In this document: piece after piece, positions 29,256-39,464 of the stretch
Numbering within the stretch: the first letter of the stretch is position 1
Layout: the number at the start of each line of letters is the position of its first letter
From: a virus
Taxonomy: Duplodnaviria; Heunggongvirae; Uroviricota; Caudoviricetes
Virus record (IMG/VR): IMGVR_UViG_3300001598_000046
Span: 1-64,000 of that record
DNA length: 64,000 bases
Reading direction: 5' to 3' (one strand)
Program-made: the position numbers and the translations under genes
The notes under the pieces: model-generated
Seen by the model: the letters and a program-made list of their open reading frames with translations, nothing else
Databases searched by the model: none
What the model was told of the DNA's origin: nothing

Positions 29256-29549
29256 TTAATTTCTAATATGTTTTCTAACCACGTGCTCACGAGTTGCCAA
29301 CTCAGCCTTAACTTCAGCCAATGAAAATCTACATTCACCACGATGACCTTTATATGGATTCCAATGAGCAAATTTACCCATAATTATCTTACAGGATGGA
29401 TCGAAACCCCAATCACCACAATCTACCTCACCAATTTTATCCATCACATCCCACCCACGATATATCCAATGCATTTGTCTTTTGAATACCGCAAGGAGAT
29501 CCTTTGTTGGAACATGTTTTAGGACATATTGTCTAAACTCTTTCGTCAT
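29256..29549 (-). CDS. hypothetical protein
   Basis: 97-aa ORF. Confidence 0.4.
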   Translation of the reverse strand: MTKEFRQYVLKHVPTKDLLAVFKRQMHWIYRGWDVMDKIGEVDCGDWGFDPSCKIIMGKFAHWNPYKGHRGECRFSLAEVKAELATREHVVRKHIRN

Positions 29550-29570
29550 ATTATATGATTTTGATTACTT

Positions 29571-29620
29571 ATATATATAACAAAAGTGGAGGAAACATTT
29601 AGTAGTCTCCTCCACTTTTT
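29571..29620 (-). promoter_or_regulatory. intergenic cassette: conserved-loop hairpin terminator plus ATATATATAACAAAA box
   Basis: Box 29571-29585; stem GTGGAGGA(29586-29593)/TCCTCCAC(29608-29615), loop aacatttagtagtc, T-run. Confidence 0.45.
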
Positions 29621-29637
29621 ATCGGGTTGATCAACAA

Positions 29638-31143
29638 TTACTTGTTAACTGTTGCAGCGATAACACTTGAGTTATCTTTCATAATCTTACCAAGATCAAC
29701 ACCAGTTGCAGTCTTGATGGTCTGCATTGCCTGAGCCATTACCACCGGAACATTACCGGAGATACCTGCAGCCTCGTTACCATTGGTTCCGAAAACTGTG
29801 ACGTTATCGATTGAACCAAGTGGCTTAGCAACATTGGCAACCACATCAGGAAGAACCTTGATGGCCATCTCAGCCATTGCGGCACCGTTGTACTTCTTGT
29901 AGGCCTCAGCCTTCTTGTCCATTGCGGCAGCCTCAGCCTCACCCTTAGCCTGAATTGCAGCGGCCTCAGCTTTACCTTTGGCCTCGATACCAGCAGCCTC
30001 CTGCTGTGCGGCAAACAACTCAGCCTCTGCCTTTGCATGAATAGCCTTTGCTCTCTGTTCAGCTTCATAAGCCTCAGCTTCAGCCTTACGCTTGCGCTGC
30101 TCCAACTCTGCTTTTGCATCGGTCTCCTTTTTGAACTTGTCAACCTCAGCCTGCTTTGCAACCTCAGCCTGCAACTGCTTCTCACGGATGGCAACCTCCT
30201 GTTCCTTCAACTCCTGCTCACGCTTAGCCTTCTCAACCTCAGCTTCAACAGCTGCTGCGTTGATCTCCTTTTTACGTTCCTGAAGACGAATCTCCTTTGC
30301 AGCCTCAGCCTCAACAGTTTTGATGTTAACCTCCTTGAGCTGTTCCTGCTTCTGAATCTCATAAGCGGCATCTGCAACGGCCTTCTGTGTATCAGCCTGA
30401 CGTTTCAGATCGGCTTTCTTGATATCGAGTGCAGTGTTCTTCTCAGCGATCTTTGTCTCGGATTCAACTCGTGCATCATTTGCCTCACGCTTGGCCTCAG
30501 CCTCAGCCTTAGCGATATCGCGTTCTGCATTTGCCTTGTTGATTGAGGCGTTCTTCTTGATCATATAGGTGTTATCAGCACCAAGATCCTGAATGAGGCC
30601 CTTCTCATCAGTGATTGACTGAATGTTGCAAGTAAGAATCTCAATACCAAGCTTCTCCATATCCTTGGCAGCCTTCTTCTGAATCTCGTCAGAGAAACCA
30701 TCTCGGTTGAGGTTGAGCTCCTTAAGTTCCTGAGTACCAATGATCTCACGCAAGTTACCTTCGAGTGAATCCTTCAATTCAGATGCAATCTGTTGTGGTG
30801 CTTTATTCAGGAAGTTAGCGGCCGCGACAGCAAGCATAGTCGGATTGATTCGGACCTTCGCAACGGCGTCCACGTTAACATTGATAAAGTCTTTGGTAGG
30901 AATTGATGATGCCTTAATATCAACGGATAACTGACCGAGATACAGCATATCCTTTTTCTGAAGTCCTGGAAGTTTGATACCACCGGAACCGATCAAGAAC
31001 TTAGGATTTTTGCGTGGCCATCCGGAAATGACGTAGGCAACATTTGGTGATGTTTTGACATACGAAATCGAGAATAGTATAATGAGCACCAAAATGACTG
31101 CTCCGGCTACTATCAGGCCGCTTGATAATGTTAATCCAAACAT
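29638..31143 (-). CDS. flotillin-like SPFH/band-7 domain membrane protein
   Basis: N-terminal TM LIVAGAVILVLIILF, SPFH-like core, long Ala/Glu-rich coiled coil (AEAEAKREANDAR...EAEAYEAEQRAKA...) typical of FloT/YqiK; 501 aa; GC clearly above genome background. Confidence 0.75.
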   Translation of the reverse strand: MFGLTLSSGLIVAGAVILVLIILFSISYVKTSPNVAYVISGWPRKNPKFLIGSGGIKLPGLQKKDMLYLGQLSVDIKASSIPTKDFINVNVDAVAKVRINPTMLAVAAANFLNKAPQQIASELKDSLEGNLREIIGTQELKELNLNRDGFSDEIQKKAAKDMEKLGIEILTCNIQSITDEKGLIQDLGADNTYMIKKNASINKANAERDIAKAEAEAKREANDARVESETKIAEKNTALDIKKADLKRQADTQKAVADAAYEIQKQEQLKEVNIKTVEAEAAKEIRLQERKKEINAAAVEAEVEKAKREQELKEQEVAIREKQLQAEVAKQAEVDKFKKETDAKAELEQRKRKAEAEAYEAEQRAKAIHAKAEAELFAAQQEAAGIEAKGKAEAAAIQAKGEAEAAAMDKKAEAYKKYNGAAMAEMAIKVLPDVVANVAKPLGSIDNVTVFGTNGNEAAGISGNVPVVMAQAMQTIKTATGVDLGKIMKDNSSVIAATVNK

Positions 31144-31322
31144 ATTTATAAAATTTAATGGTTAGTTTTCTTTTGGTTTTATCCTGTATTTCAGGTGAGT
31201 ACTCAAAAAGGTCGGCTCCTCAATATCCTGCCACGGAATAGATTCGTGAGTTTGACATTGGATTGTTGCACCCTCTGCATATGCCTTAATTAATGGAGCC
31301 AAATAAGCGGCACGTTCTCTTG

Positions 31323-32051
31323 TCATACTTTTCTCTGTTTGTCACCTTGCCATTGGCCATTATAGAGATCATCATCATCAACAAGATATGATTCCTCAAC
31401 GCGAGCCTGAGCAATACGAGCGAATTGTTCGATGGTTATACTTGTATAAAGTTCCATAAAACAACCCATATGATCGGTTTTGAATCCACCATCAAATTGG
31501 CCGGAAAGGATTTTGCCACCACAGCGAACAAGACTTGAGCGTGGATCATAATGGAGGACTGCATTTCCAGGGATGTTACAACTCTCTGCAAATGTTACTT
31601 CGTAGTAACCTGGTTCAAGTTTCCAACCCATCTCACCATTTTCCAATTTCATTGGAGGAATTGGAGTTGAGATACATTTCTTTGTTTTCCCTTCTCTCGG
31701 GATGTAGCCTTCACCTCGTACATCACATATTTCAATCACTCGACAGTCAATACCCTGCTGCTGGATACATTCACCTGAGTAATTCATTATGATGCCGGTA
31801 TCGGCGATCTGTTTACCTGTTAATTGCATATTAATCGAATACTGTTTTGATTCTGTAACAATTTGTTCGTGGCGCTCCATCAAAGCAACCATTATACTTC
31901 TCAATAAACTGTTTCTTTTTCGCCTCACTAAGTGAAGCAACGTGTTGCAAGCATAATTTACGACATTTATATCTATTTCCGTCACATTTATTTGCCCACG
32001 GATAATGACATTCTTTCCATCTTGTTCCATCATCATATGGGTATTTACCAC
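31323..32051 (-). CDS. dut: dUTPase / dCTP deaminase superfamily protein
   Basis: C-terminal half carries PRSSL, GQFDGGFKTD, ARIAQ (dUTPase motifs 2-4); real start may be ATG at 31829 (MQLTGKQ), 1 nt after stop of ORF 31831..32103. Confidence 0.5.
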   Translation of the reverse strand: MVNTHMMMEQDGKNVIIRGQINVTEIDINVVNYACNTLLHLVRRKRNSLLRSIMVALMERHEQIVTESKQYSINMQLTGKQIADTGIIMNYSGECIQQQGIDCRVIEICDVRGEGYIPREGKTKKCISTPIPPMKLENGEMGWKLEPGYYEVTFAESCNIPGNAVLHYDPRSSLVRCGGKILSGQFDGGFKTDHMGCFMELYTSITIEQFARIAQARVEESYLVDDDDLYNGQWQGDKQRKV

Positions 32052-32103
32052 CCATTAGATGTTCAGGTTTATCGGGATTATGTCGTGGTTTACCTTTGCC
32101 CAT
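31831..32103 (-). CDS. small Cys-rich hypothetical protein
   Basis: 90 aa with CHYPWANKCDGNRYKCRKLC; overlaps the 5' part of the long dUTPase ORF in another frame. Confidence 0.3.
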   Translation of the reverse strand: MGKGKPRHNPDKPEHLMGGKYPYDDGTRWKECHYPWANKCDGNRYKCRKLCLQHVASLSEAKKKQFIEKYNGCFDGAPRTNCYRIKTVFD

Positions 32104-32402
32104 TACTTATGAATATATTCTTCAAATTCAAATGGTCGAAGGTGAGAATAACGATCGAGAGTATGTACTGCACAATCAAGTTTATTGTCAAATACATCCT
32201 GTTGGATGGAAAGACCATTCCAAAGAGTCAGCCAATCCTCTACATAACTCTTGATATCGGAGCATTTGATTTTGCTACACTCTTTACTTATTAGTGTATC
32301 TTTCGCAATTCTCTCAGTCAAAATATTGATGAGAGCTGTAGTTCCCATAACGGTTGCTGTAACCGGCCCCTCATTAGGGACCACGATAAATACTTTTTTC
32401 AT
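32103..32402 (-). CDS. hypothetical protein
   Basis: 99-aa ORF. Confidence 0.4.
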   Translation of the reverse strand: MKKVFIVVPNEGPVTATVMGTTALINILTERIAKDTLISKECSKIKCSDIKSYVEDWLTLWNGLSIQQDVFDNKLDCAVHTLDRYSHLRPFEFEEYIHK

Positions 32403-32411
32403 ATATGGTTG

Positions 32412-32675
32412 TTATTTTGATTCGATGAATGTAACCTCACCTTCCAAGCAACCCCAACCTGATGATTCAGTGAATTTCTTTGTCTTGGGAACATAATCAC
32501 TATCCATTGGTTCGGTGAGGATCCAAATATTGTTATCTTTCCAAGTACATTCGACCAACCTCTGACCCGGTTCAAGATTGATAGTGGTTTTACCACCATA
32601 ATTTCTTGTGATTTCATTTGGAGTGCAAGCCATACACATAATTGCAATGGCGAAGGCGATAAATATTTTCTTCAT
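32412..32675 (-). CDS. small lipoprotein (paralogue of 28241..28561)
   Basis: MKKIFIAFAIAIMCMACTPNE: signal peptide plus MCMAC Cys motif. Confidence 0.45.
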   Translation of the reverse strand: MKKIFIAFAIAIMCMACTPNEITRNYGGKTTINLEPGQRLVECTWKDNNIWILTEPMDSDYVPKTKKFTESSGWGCLEGEVTFIESK

Positions 32676-32748
32676 ATGATTTTTATATTACTTACAATAG
32701 AATATATAGAAATTGGATGGCTTTTTTATCAAACCACCCAATTTTTTA

Positions 32749-35748
32749 TCAGAAATCGAACAAAAGTAATTCGCGGCTACCATCCAATTTGAATTTCTGC
32801 ATTCCCATCGCTTCGTGACATATTCGATTCAATGGATCGAGGAAGAACTTCTCGAACATTATACCACGATCAACTGGACAATACTCGTCAGCCCATTTTG
32901 GATAATTTCGTGCCTGATATGCAAATGGAACATAATCTCCCTTTTCAGAAATCTTCTTACCGAGGTATATTTTGCATTTTCCACCATAAATTGGATCGCC
33001 GGCAAGATGGTTATTTTCGCGAATGGTATTATATGTCATTAATGCCTTTGGACCTGTCATTGCACCCGGCCACCAGTAAATGATATCATTCTTCTTATCA
33101 ACTGTCATTGCACCAACAATCTTTTTCGAAGATCCATCACGCAATGCTTTGGTATTCTTTGGATCATCATAATCTTCTTTAGTTGCTGAATATTTTGCGA
33201 ATCCATTAATACCTTGATTTGCACATATATCATCTATTGGTGCATTATAGTAACCAAGTTTTTCCTTCTGTACCATAATATTAATATGTTCCCAAAGATG
33301 CTGGTCATTCTCAGCCTCCAACATACCACGAATAACTCTCTTCAATCCACCACGAACATATTTTGGATATGAGGCTTTGATCATTTCCAAACCCTTTGTT
33401 TTCATTGGGAGCGAATCGTCATCAAAATATTTGCCATCTTTCCAAAGGAGAATTTGACAATATCTCTTCTTAACATTCAACCACGCACCACGAAGATTAA
33501 CTGTTTCCAACTCGAACTTTTGTACGGACTTAACGTGGCGAGACGTAAAATATTCATCCATAAATTCCTCGTTATGTTTATCGAGGTAATCTGTATTGAG
33601 GTGAACGATAATATCCAATTTCTCACGGCGAGTCATTTGGTCATATCCTTCAATTGTACTCAAAAGACTCTTGTAAGACATATACAATGAATCGGTATCA
33701 CCATATACAATTTGTACAAGGTTCTTTCCGCTCTTCAAGATCTCCTCAACTTTCTTGAGATTAACCTTCAATCCCCACTTAGCTTGCCATTCACCCATCT
33801 TAGCCCAATTCTCATTCCAATGCCCTGGTATGTGGTGTTCCATCTTATGAATAAGATTACGAGCCTCACCGGTGATATCGCGAGCCACATTAATATTGAA
33901 CCAATAGAATGCGATGTGGCTGGAACCACCATACATACTATTACCCATAAGTTTCATCGCTTGCTCCTTACAAGTATAGAATACAATCTCATCTGCAAGT
34001 ACTCTCTTGAACTCCAATAACTCTTCCCGAGTCATCGCAAGGAGATCATTATAATCACGGATCGTATAACCAACCTCAGCCATCGCATCAACCATATTTT
34101 GTGCATATGGTTTTGATGTTGGTGTGATACCTTTGAGGATATGTTCAATATCCAACATCATAAATGCATCAAGATCCTTTGCAAGATATTTTGATATATT
34201 TCGTGTAGCCTTCAACTGAGCCTGTACCCTCTTAAATGAATAACTCTTATCATTGTGGTATACGTGGCCATTGACACTCACAAAATAATTTGGATCTTTT
34301 CGATATGGTTCGAGAGCGGCATCATCAATAAATGTTCCAATATATTCTCCATACTCCAACTCCTTCGTTTTCTTATATGCGTTGGCATTCGTATATACCA
34401 CAGGGCCGACAATAATATATTGAGGGTTTCCAGTTGGTGTGAGTGGAGCATAGATATATTTGTCGAGTTTCTTTTGATCGTAGAAACAACCAATAAAATT
34501 CTCGAATGATAGGTTGCAAGTGATGATTGTTGATGGATATAGAGATGCAAAGTCGTTACAAGTTACAAAATCCCATAACCCCGGTATTGGTTTGGCTACA
34601 TATGCACCCATCAATCTACCACGATCGCGATCTTTCTTATCCTCGAATACAATCTTATACCCCTGATCACGGAAATCCTTCCAAGTAAGTGCCTCCGAAA
34701 TCGCAATCTTCGAAAAAGCATCCTGAATACGAATACCACAATACAACGCCTGCATATACATCATCTCCATTGTCTTGTAACGATAATTGATTAATTGTAC
34801 AAGGATGGAGTCAATTGCATTGTAGAATACGTAACGTCTAAAGTCAGTCTCATAAAGGATCTCAAGATCACCATCATACTCAATCTTATGAGCCTCCAAA
34901 CCCGGAGTTTCACTTGATATATACTCCAATGATGTTGATTCCTTATCTGTAAGACCGGACATATCGAAATGATCAATAACATCCTTCATATCAAAGATTG
35001 GAGTATGAACTGGCATTGGTACATAGTAATCCTCCAATTTAGTATTGGTGAATTTCTTTTGTACCATTTGGTGACAAATACTTGAACCAGTTACTGAAAG
35101 ATTTGGAAAGAACTCACGTGTACGAGTGGTGAGATATTGCCAGTCGTATTCAATATTGTTCCAACCTGAAAGAATAGGCACTTTCGCGACAATACCTTTA
35201 TAAAAGTATTCAAGCATATCCTTTTCTTTTGGATAATATTGATACTTAAATTCAGGTAATGGGAGATTAAGTGTATGGAAGAATGCAAGTTTGTTAAGAA
35301 AGTCGGTGATTTGATCCTGGATCCATTTGATATCATCCTCGCATAAATATTTATCACCCATTACAAGTGATTTGAGCTCAGGAGATGCAACTGAAATTGT
35401 GTGGACTGGCATATTTGCCACATTCGCCTCAACAAACTCTCGGTCATCACGCATTTTCGTCTCTATATCGAACGTATACAAACGAGGTGATGTACGACCA
35501 TTGAATAATTTTTTGTACTTAGAGTCAAGCTCTTCGAAAAATGTTCGAATGTCGAAACGAGAAGGATTATCAGTTAACATCTCATCACATCTTGCTCCAT
35601 CCCAGTTGGTATATTTTCCATTGGGAGTGAGATAATATGACTTAAATTTATTGATATTGAAGTCCATTATAGACTTCATTCCCTTCTCGTTAATATATGA
35701 AACGGATAGCTTTCCCTGCTTTTTGATAAATTTGTAATCGAGTAGCAT
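32749..35748 (-). CDS. family B DNA polymerase with 3'-5' exonuclease domain
   Basis: Exo I YTFDIE; motif A NDFASLYPS; motif B KLMGNSMYGG; motif C YGDTDS; 999 aa. Confidence 0.9.
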   Translation of the reverse strand: MLLDYKFIKKQGKLSVSYINEKGMKSIMDFNINKFKSYYLTPNGKYTNWDGARCDEMLTDNPSRFDIRTFFEELDSKYKKLFNGRTSPRLYTFDIETKMRDDREFVEANVANMPVHTISVASPELKSLVMGDKYLCEDDIKWIQDQITDFLNKLAFFHTLNLPLPEFKYQYYPKEKDMLEYFYKGIVAKVPILSGWNNIEYDWQYLTTRTREFFPNLSVTGSSICHQMVQKKFTNTKLEDYYVPMPVHTPIFDMKDVIDHFDMSGLTDKESTSLEYISSETPGLEAHKIEYDGDLEILYETDFRRYVFYNAIDSILVQLINYRYKTMEMMYMQALYCGIRIQDAFSKIAISEALTWKDFRDQGYKIVFEDKKDRDRGRLMGAYVAKPIPGLWDFVTCNDFASLYPSTIITCNLSFENFIGCFYDQKKLDKYIYAPLTPTGNPQYIIVGPVVYTNANAYKKTKELEYGEYIGTFIDDAALEPYRKDPNYFVSVNGHVYHNDKSYSFKRVQAQLKATRNISKYLAKDLDAFMMLDIEHILKGITPTSKPYAQNMVDAMAEVGYTIRDYNDLLAMTREELLEFKRVLADEIVFYTCKEQAMKLMGNSMYGGSSHIAFYWFNINVARDITGEARNLIHKMEHHIPGHWNENWAKMGEWQAKWGLKVNLKKVEEILKSGKNLVQIVYGDTDSLYMSYKSLLSTIEGYDQMTRREKLDIIVHLNTDYLDKHNEEFMDEYFTSRHVKSVQKFELETVNLRGAWLNVKKRYCQILLWKDGKYFDDDSLPMKTKGLEMIKASYPKYVRGGLKRVIRGMLEAENDQHLWEHINIMVQKEKLGYYNAPIDDICANQGINGFAKYSATKEDYDDPKNTKALRDGSSKKIVGAMTVDKKNDIIYWWPGAMTGPKALMTYNTIRENNHLAGDPIYGGKCKIYLGKKISEKGDYVPFAYQARNYPKWADEYCPVDRGIMFEKFFLDPLNRICHEAMGMQKFKLDGSRELLLFDF

Positions 35749-35846
35749 AGTTTCTTAATAACGATCTAATTAAATATATGGTATGGTGGGAGATATTTTA
35801 GAAGATTCGTAAGGAATTTTATTGATTCAGGTTTATTATATATACA

Positions 35847-37439
35847 ATGAAACACACGAATATAAATATCACAAGTCCTCACGGTACGATGGAGTACTAT
35901 TTTGAGTATCTGGATGTGAACGATTTTTCTTCAAATCGTATCGATTATGATCCACATCCGGATGAACGCAGTGTGGATTTTTATGATGAAAATACTAATA
36001 CCATTCGTAAAGGTAATGAATGGATTGCAGCATCGATTGATGACCTGATTAATACACATGATATTACACAATTACCAAACGTTTTAGGATATCTGCATAG
36101 GCATGGGATTATCATTGGTAAAACACCATTACCTGAATATTTTGGTAGTGCTATACCATATGAATATAACATATCAACTCTCCGTATCTTCTTCCCAAGA
36201 TTCTCAGTAGATACTTATGAAAAACGTGTCAAATATGCGATCAATATTACTACGTGGATCAATGGTCATACCATTAATATTGGGTCATATATTATTGACC
36301 GTAATGATGTTATTGCGGCGAGTACTGTAAGAACATTCGCAAATAAAGAGTATTATGAGTATATACCAATCAATATCATTGATCCTTGGTATTTGATATA
36401 TAGTGATGAATGGAAAGATTTTCGACAGATTGTTTGTGGTGAATATAGTGGTGAAGGTAGAGAGGAGATAAATACAACTGGCTCGGTACTTAATGTTACA
36501 TTACATCCAGTTAGAGAGGTTGAGGATGGTGTATATCGTGAGATCGAAAATTATATTGGAGGCCAAAATGCAATCAATCTTGCTGATGAAGTTACGGATT
36601 ATCTCCGACTTAATATTGAAGAAAATTATATTGCTGATGAACCATTAACCATTGATACGAATGTAACATTTAATGAGGCTTATGCTCAAACATTGGTAGG
36701 ATTCAAGCAATATATTAAAGAGACATACTCTCTTACAAACTTCAAGATGTTTTTGGAAATGATTATTCAAGACCAAACAGATATCTTCAAGTATGCAATA
36801 ATTGAGTTACAAACTCCTTGGCAATCATTCAATGTCAAAACATATCTTGTGGATAATAAGCCATTTTTCCTTTTTGATAATTGGCAAGGGTACCACGAAG
36901 GTATATATATTAATATGTTTCTCCATCTATGCCAAAGTACTGAAACAGGTATCGAGAATAGTATTATCGCATTGAAATCGAATCGTATCCTTGTTACACA
37001 AGAGCTTTTTAGACACCTTGTTAAGTCCGAGGACAACATTAATTTAGTAAATTTAGATGAAATCGAGATGAATATATTCCACATCAAAGCCGTAAATAAA
37101 GTAGAGCAGAAGGTGGTACAGGTGGAGCGTCCTGATGATTATAAAGCAAATATCATCAAGCCGGTATTCTTCCGTACACAACCATTGGCATCTCTTGTTA
37201 TCCACCCAGCAGTTACTGAACATATATGTCTTAATCTTGACAATTATAAATCGAAGGTTACCACATTCGTCATATCAATCAATGGTATATTATTCAACGA
37301 GGAAGCTCGTACAACCGCCGGTGTTATCTTTAAGATTGTTGGACCATCCCTTCCACAATCTCCAACAGGTGGTGCATATTATATCCTCAATGAAAATAAT
37401 GAGATGGTGACTTCTGGTTCATATAAATATGAAGCATAA
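35847..37439 (+). CDS. hypothetical protein (candidate baseplate component)
   Basis: 530 aa, immediately upstream of gp25-like gene. Confidence 0.45.
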   Translation: MKHTNINITSPHGTMEYYFEYLDVNDFSSNRIDYDPHPDERSVDFYDENTNTIRKGNEWIAASIDDLINTHDITQLPNVLGYLHRHGIIIGKTPLPEYFGSAIPYEYNISTLRIFFPRFSVDTYEKRVKYAINITTWINGHTINIGSYIIDRNDVIAASTVRTFANKEYYEYIPINIIDPWYLIYSDEWKDFRQIVCGEYSGEGREEINTTGSVLNVTLHPVREVEDGVYREIENYIGGQNAINLADEVTDYLRLNIEENYIADEPLTIDTNVTFNEAYAQTLVGFKQYIKETYSLTNFKMFLEMIIQDQTDIFKYAIIELQTPWQSFNVKTYLVDNKPFFLFDNWQGYHEGIYINMFLHLCQSTETGIENSIIALKSNRILVTQELFRHLVKSEDNINLVNLDEIEMNIFHIKAVNKVEQKVVQVERPDDYKANIIKPVFFRTQPLASLVIHPAVTEHICLNLDNYKSKVTTFVISINGILFNEEARTTAGVIFKIVGPSLPQSPTGGAYYILNENNEMVTSGSYKYEA

Positions 37440-37441
37440 TA

Positions 37442-37780
37442 ATGGTTGATATAAATTTATCGGAAGGAGCACCAATTATTAATGATAATGTGAGCCTTAT
37501 TATCCAACAAATCGATACACTTTTCGATACTGCTTATCGAGAGGTGCACGGTGCTCCGTATTATGGTACTCGTTATGATGAGTTCCTATATAATATGAAT
37601 ATGTCAAATGATGCCATCGCATATCAGGTTGAATGTGATTTGGCTGATATTAATTTATTCGGTTTTATACCTACAGTTAATGTGACAATTCTTGAGGGTA
37701 CAATTAATGATATTATCTTGATATCAATTACTTTATCAAAAAATGATGAAGTTTATGAAAAAACTTATAAGATACAATAA
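37442..37780 (+). CDS. baseplate wedge protein, gp25/GPW family
   Basis: 112 aa; IIQQIDTLFDTAYREVHGAPYYGTRYDEFLYN fits the gp25/GPW core (GER..P.fG..l..l.F). Confidence 0.5.
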   Translation: MVDINLSEGAPIINDNVSLIIQQIDTLFDTAYREVHGAPYYGTRYDEFLYNMNMSNDAIAYQVECDLADINLFGFIPTVNVTILEGTINDIILISITLSKNDEVYEKTYKIQ

Positions 37781-39462
37781 TGAAAATATTTGATGCAATT
37801 GAGTTAAGCTACGAACAATATTCTCAGGCCGTACGCAACTATCTTTCTAAAACTTTTTCAGATTTTGGATTGAAGTATAATAATAGTACAGTATTTGGCC
37901 AAATCATCACTGTATTGGAAGGTACTGTTCAAAATATTATGTTGTATATTGAGGATGCATTTACTGAGCAGAATAAATATACAGCTACACGTAAGAAATC
38001 AATTTATGGTTTGGCACAACTTACTGGCTATAATCCATCACTTGGAAAAGCGGCTGGTATGCAGGTTCGCCTATCATATATCCCAACCAATACCCCTCCA
38101 ATCGGTATCATCATCAATAACCACGAGCAATTGGTATGTAGTCAAAATGGTTTGGTGTATAATATTGTATTACCACAGGATGCGATCATAATGGATATTA
38201 CCAAAGATAATTCAAGTAAATATCTACATCTTGTTGAGGGTACATTTGAAACACAAACATTTGTTTCAGATGGAGGTAAGTTCTACACCGAACATATTAA
38301 CTTCCCGGGAGATATTGATGAAGATTATATCGAGATCAAGGTAAATAATGAAGTGTGGGAGCGGGCTGCTTCAATATATGATATGGATCCCGATGGAAAA
38401 CAATGGTGTTACAAGACAAGTATACTTGGTGGTATCATTCTTTGTTTCGGTAACGATATATTTGGCAAATCCCTCAGTGCTGGTGATGAAGTTAATGTTA
38501 CATATCTTCGTCATTCCGGCGAATACGGTAATATTAATAATGATGAATCAATCAATTTTACGTTTATTAATCCACTAAAAAATATTGCTGGTGAAGAAGT
38601 TGATGGAAATTCGACATTTAAGATGAGCCTCGCCATTAATGATAATATAACGAGTGGAACTTTTAGTGAGTCGTTGAGTCAGGTCAAGAATATGATCGGA
38701 TATAATAGCCGTGCAATGGTATTGGCTTCTCCTGAAAATTATAAAGCTTTCATTAATCGTTTTTCATTTTGTGGATATAACCGCACGTGGTCTGAGGTGG
38801 GTTCACTTGTAGTTAATAGTCTTATTATGCGTAACTACAAATCTCAATTGGAAGATGGCCAAGATTACTTCAAATTGAAGGAATCTGATTTCTTCTTAAC
38901 AAATCAGCAAAAGGAATCAATCATTGATTGTATCACTAATAGTGGTCGTCAATTGGCTGGTGCAACATATAGGATATTCGATCCAGAGATTAAGAAGTAT
39001 GCAATGTACCTCTATCTCAAAATGAAATCAACAACCTACGATACCGAATATATATCCAATAAGATTCGTACCCTTGTTGGTGAGTTCTTTAGTAATCTAA
39101 ATCAAGATGATTACGTTCCAAAATCTGACATCATCCAACTTATCAAATCAAATATTGAAGAGATAGATGGAGTCAATTGCTATTTTGTTAGTGAGGCGAA
39201 TGAAACCGCAATGATTAATCGTGGGTACGTAAAGAAAAATCGTATATATAATCCATCAACAGGAACATATGATATCATTGAAGAAAATGTCGCTTTATAT
39301 GAAGGCGAAGATCCAGGACTTGGTCTTGACAGTCACGGAAATATATATATTGAATCGACTGATGAATACCCAGTACTTATGGGTGGTTGGTATTATATGA
39401 GTTCCGATGAGAGGCAAGAGAAAGTTTATGTAAGTGACCCATTAATAATTACTTATGAATAA
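37780..39462 (+). CDS. hypothetical protein in baseplate J/gp6 syntenic position
   Basis: 560 aa; ATGA overlap with the gp25-like gene; assignment by synteny only. Confidence 0.4.
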   Translation: MKIFDAIELSYEQYSQAVRNYLSKTFSDFGLKYNNSTVFGQIITVLEGTVQNIMLYIEDAFTEQNKYTATRKKSIYGLAQLTGYNPSLGKAAGMQVRLSYIPTNTPPIGIIINNHEQLVCSQNGLVYNIVLPQDAIIMDITKDNSSKYLHLVEGTFETQTFVSDGGKFYTEHINFPGDIDEDYIEIKVNNEVWERAASIYDMDPDGKQWCYKTSILGGIILCFGNDIFGKSLSAGDEVNVTYLRHSGEYGNINNDESINFTFINPLKNIAGEEVDGNSTFKMSLAINDNITSGTFSESLSQVKNMIGYNSRAMVLASPENYKAFINRFSFCGYNRTWSEVGSLVVNSLIMRNYKSQLEDGQDYFKLKESDFFLTNQQKESIIDCITNSGRQLAGATYRIFDPEIKKYAMYLYLKMKSTTYDTEYISNKIRTLVGEFFSNLNQDDYVPKSDIIQLIKSNIEEIDGVNCYFVSEANETAMINRGYVKKNRIYNPSTGTYDIIEENVALYEGEDPGLGLDSHGNIYIESTDEYPVLMGGWYYMSSDERQEKVYVSDPLIITYE

Positions 39463-39464
39463 AT

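Noticed and set aside
29739-30546. 151-aa (minus, alternative frame) and 169-aa (plus, Leu-rich) ORFs
   Set aside because: Embedded in the flotillin coiled-coil region. The repetitive GCN/GAG-rich sequence gives Arg/Ser/Leu-rich frames typical of out-of-frame artefacts.
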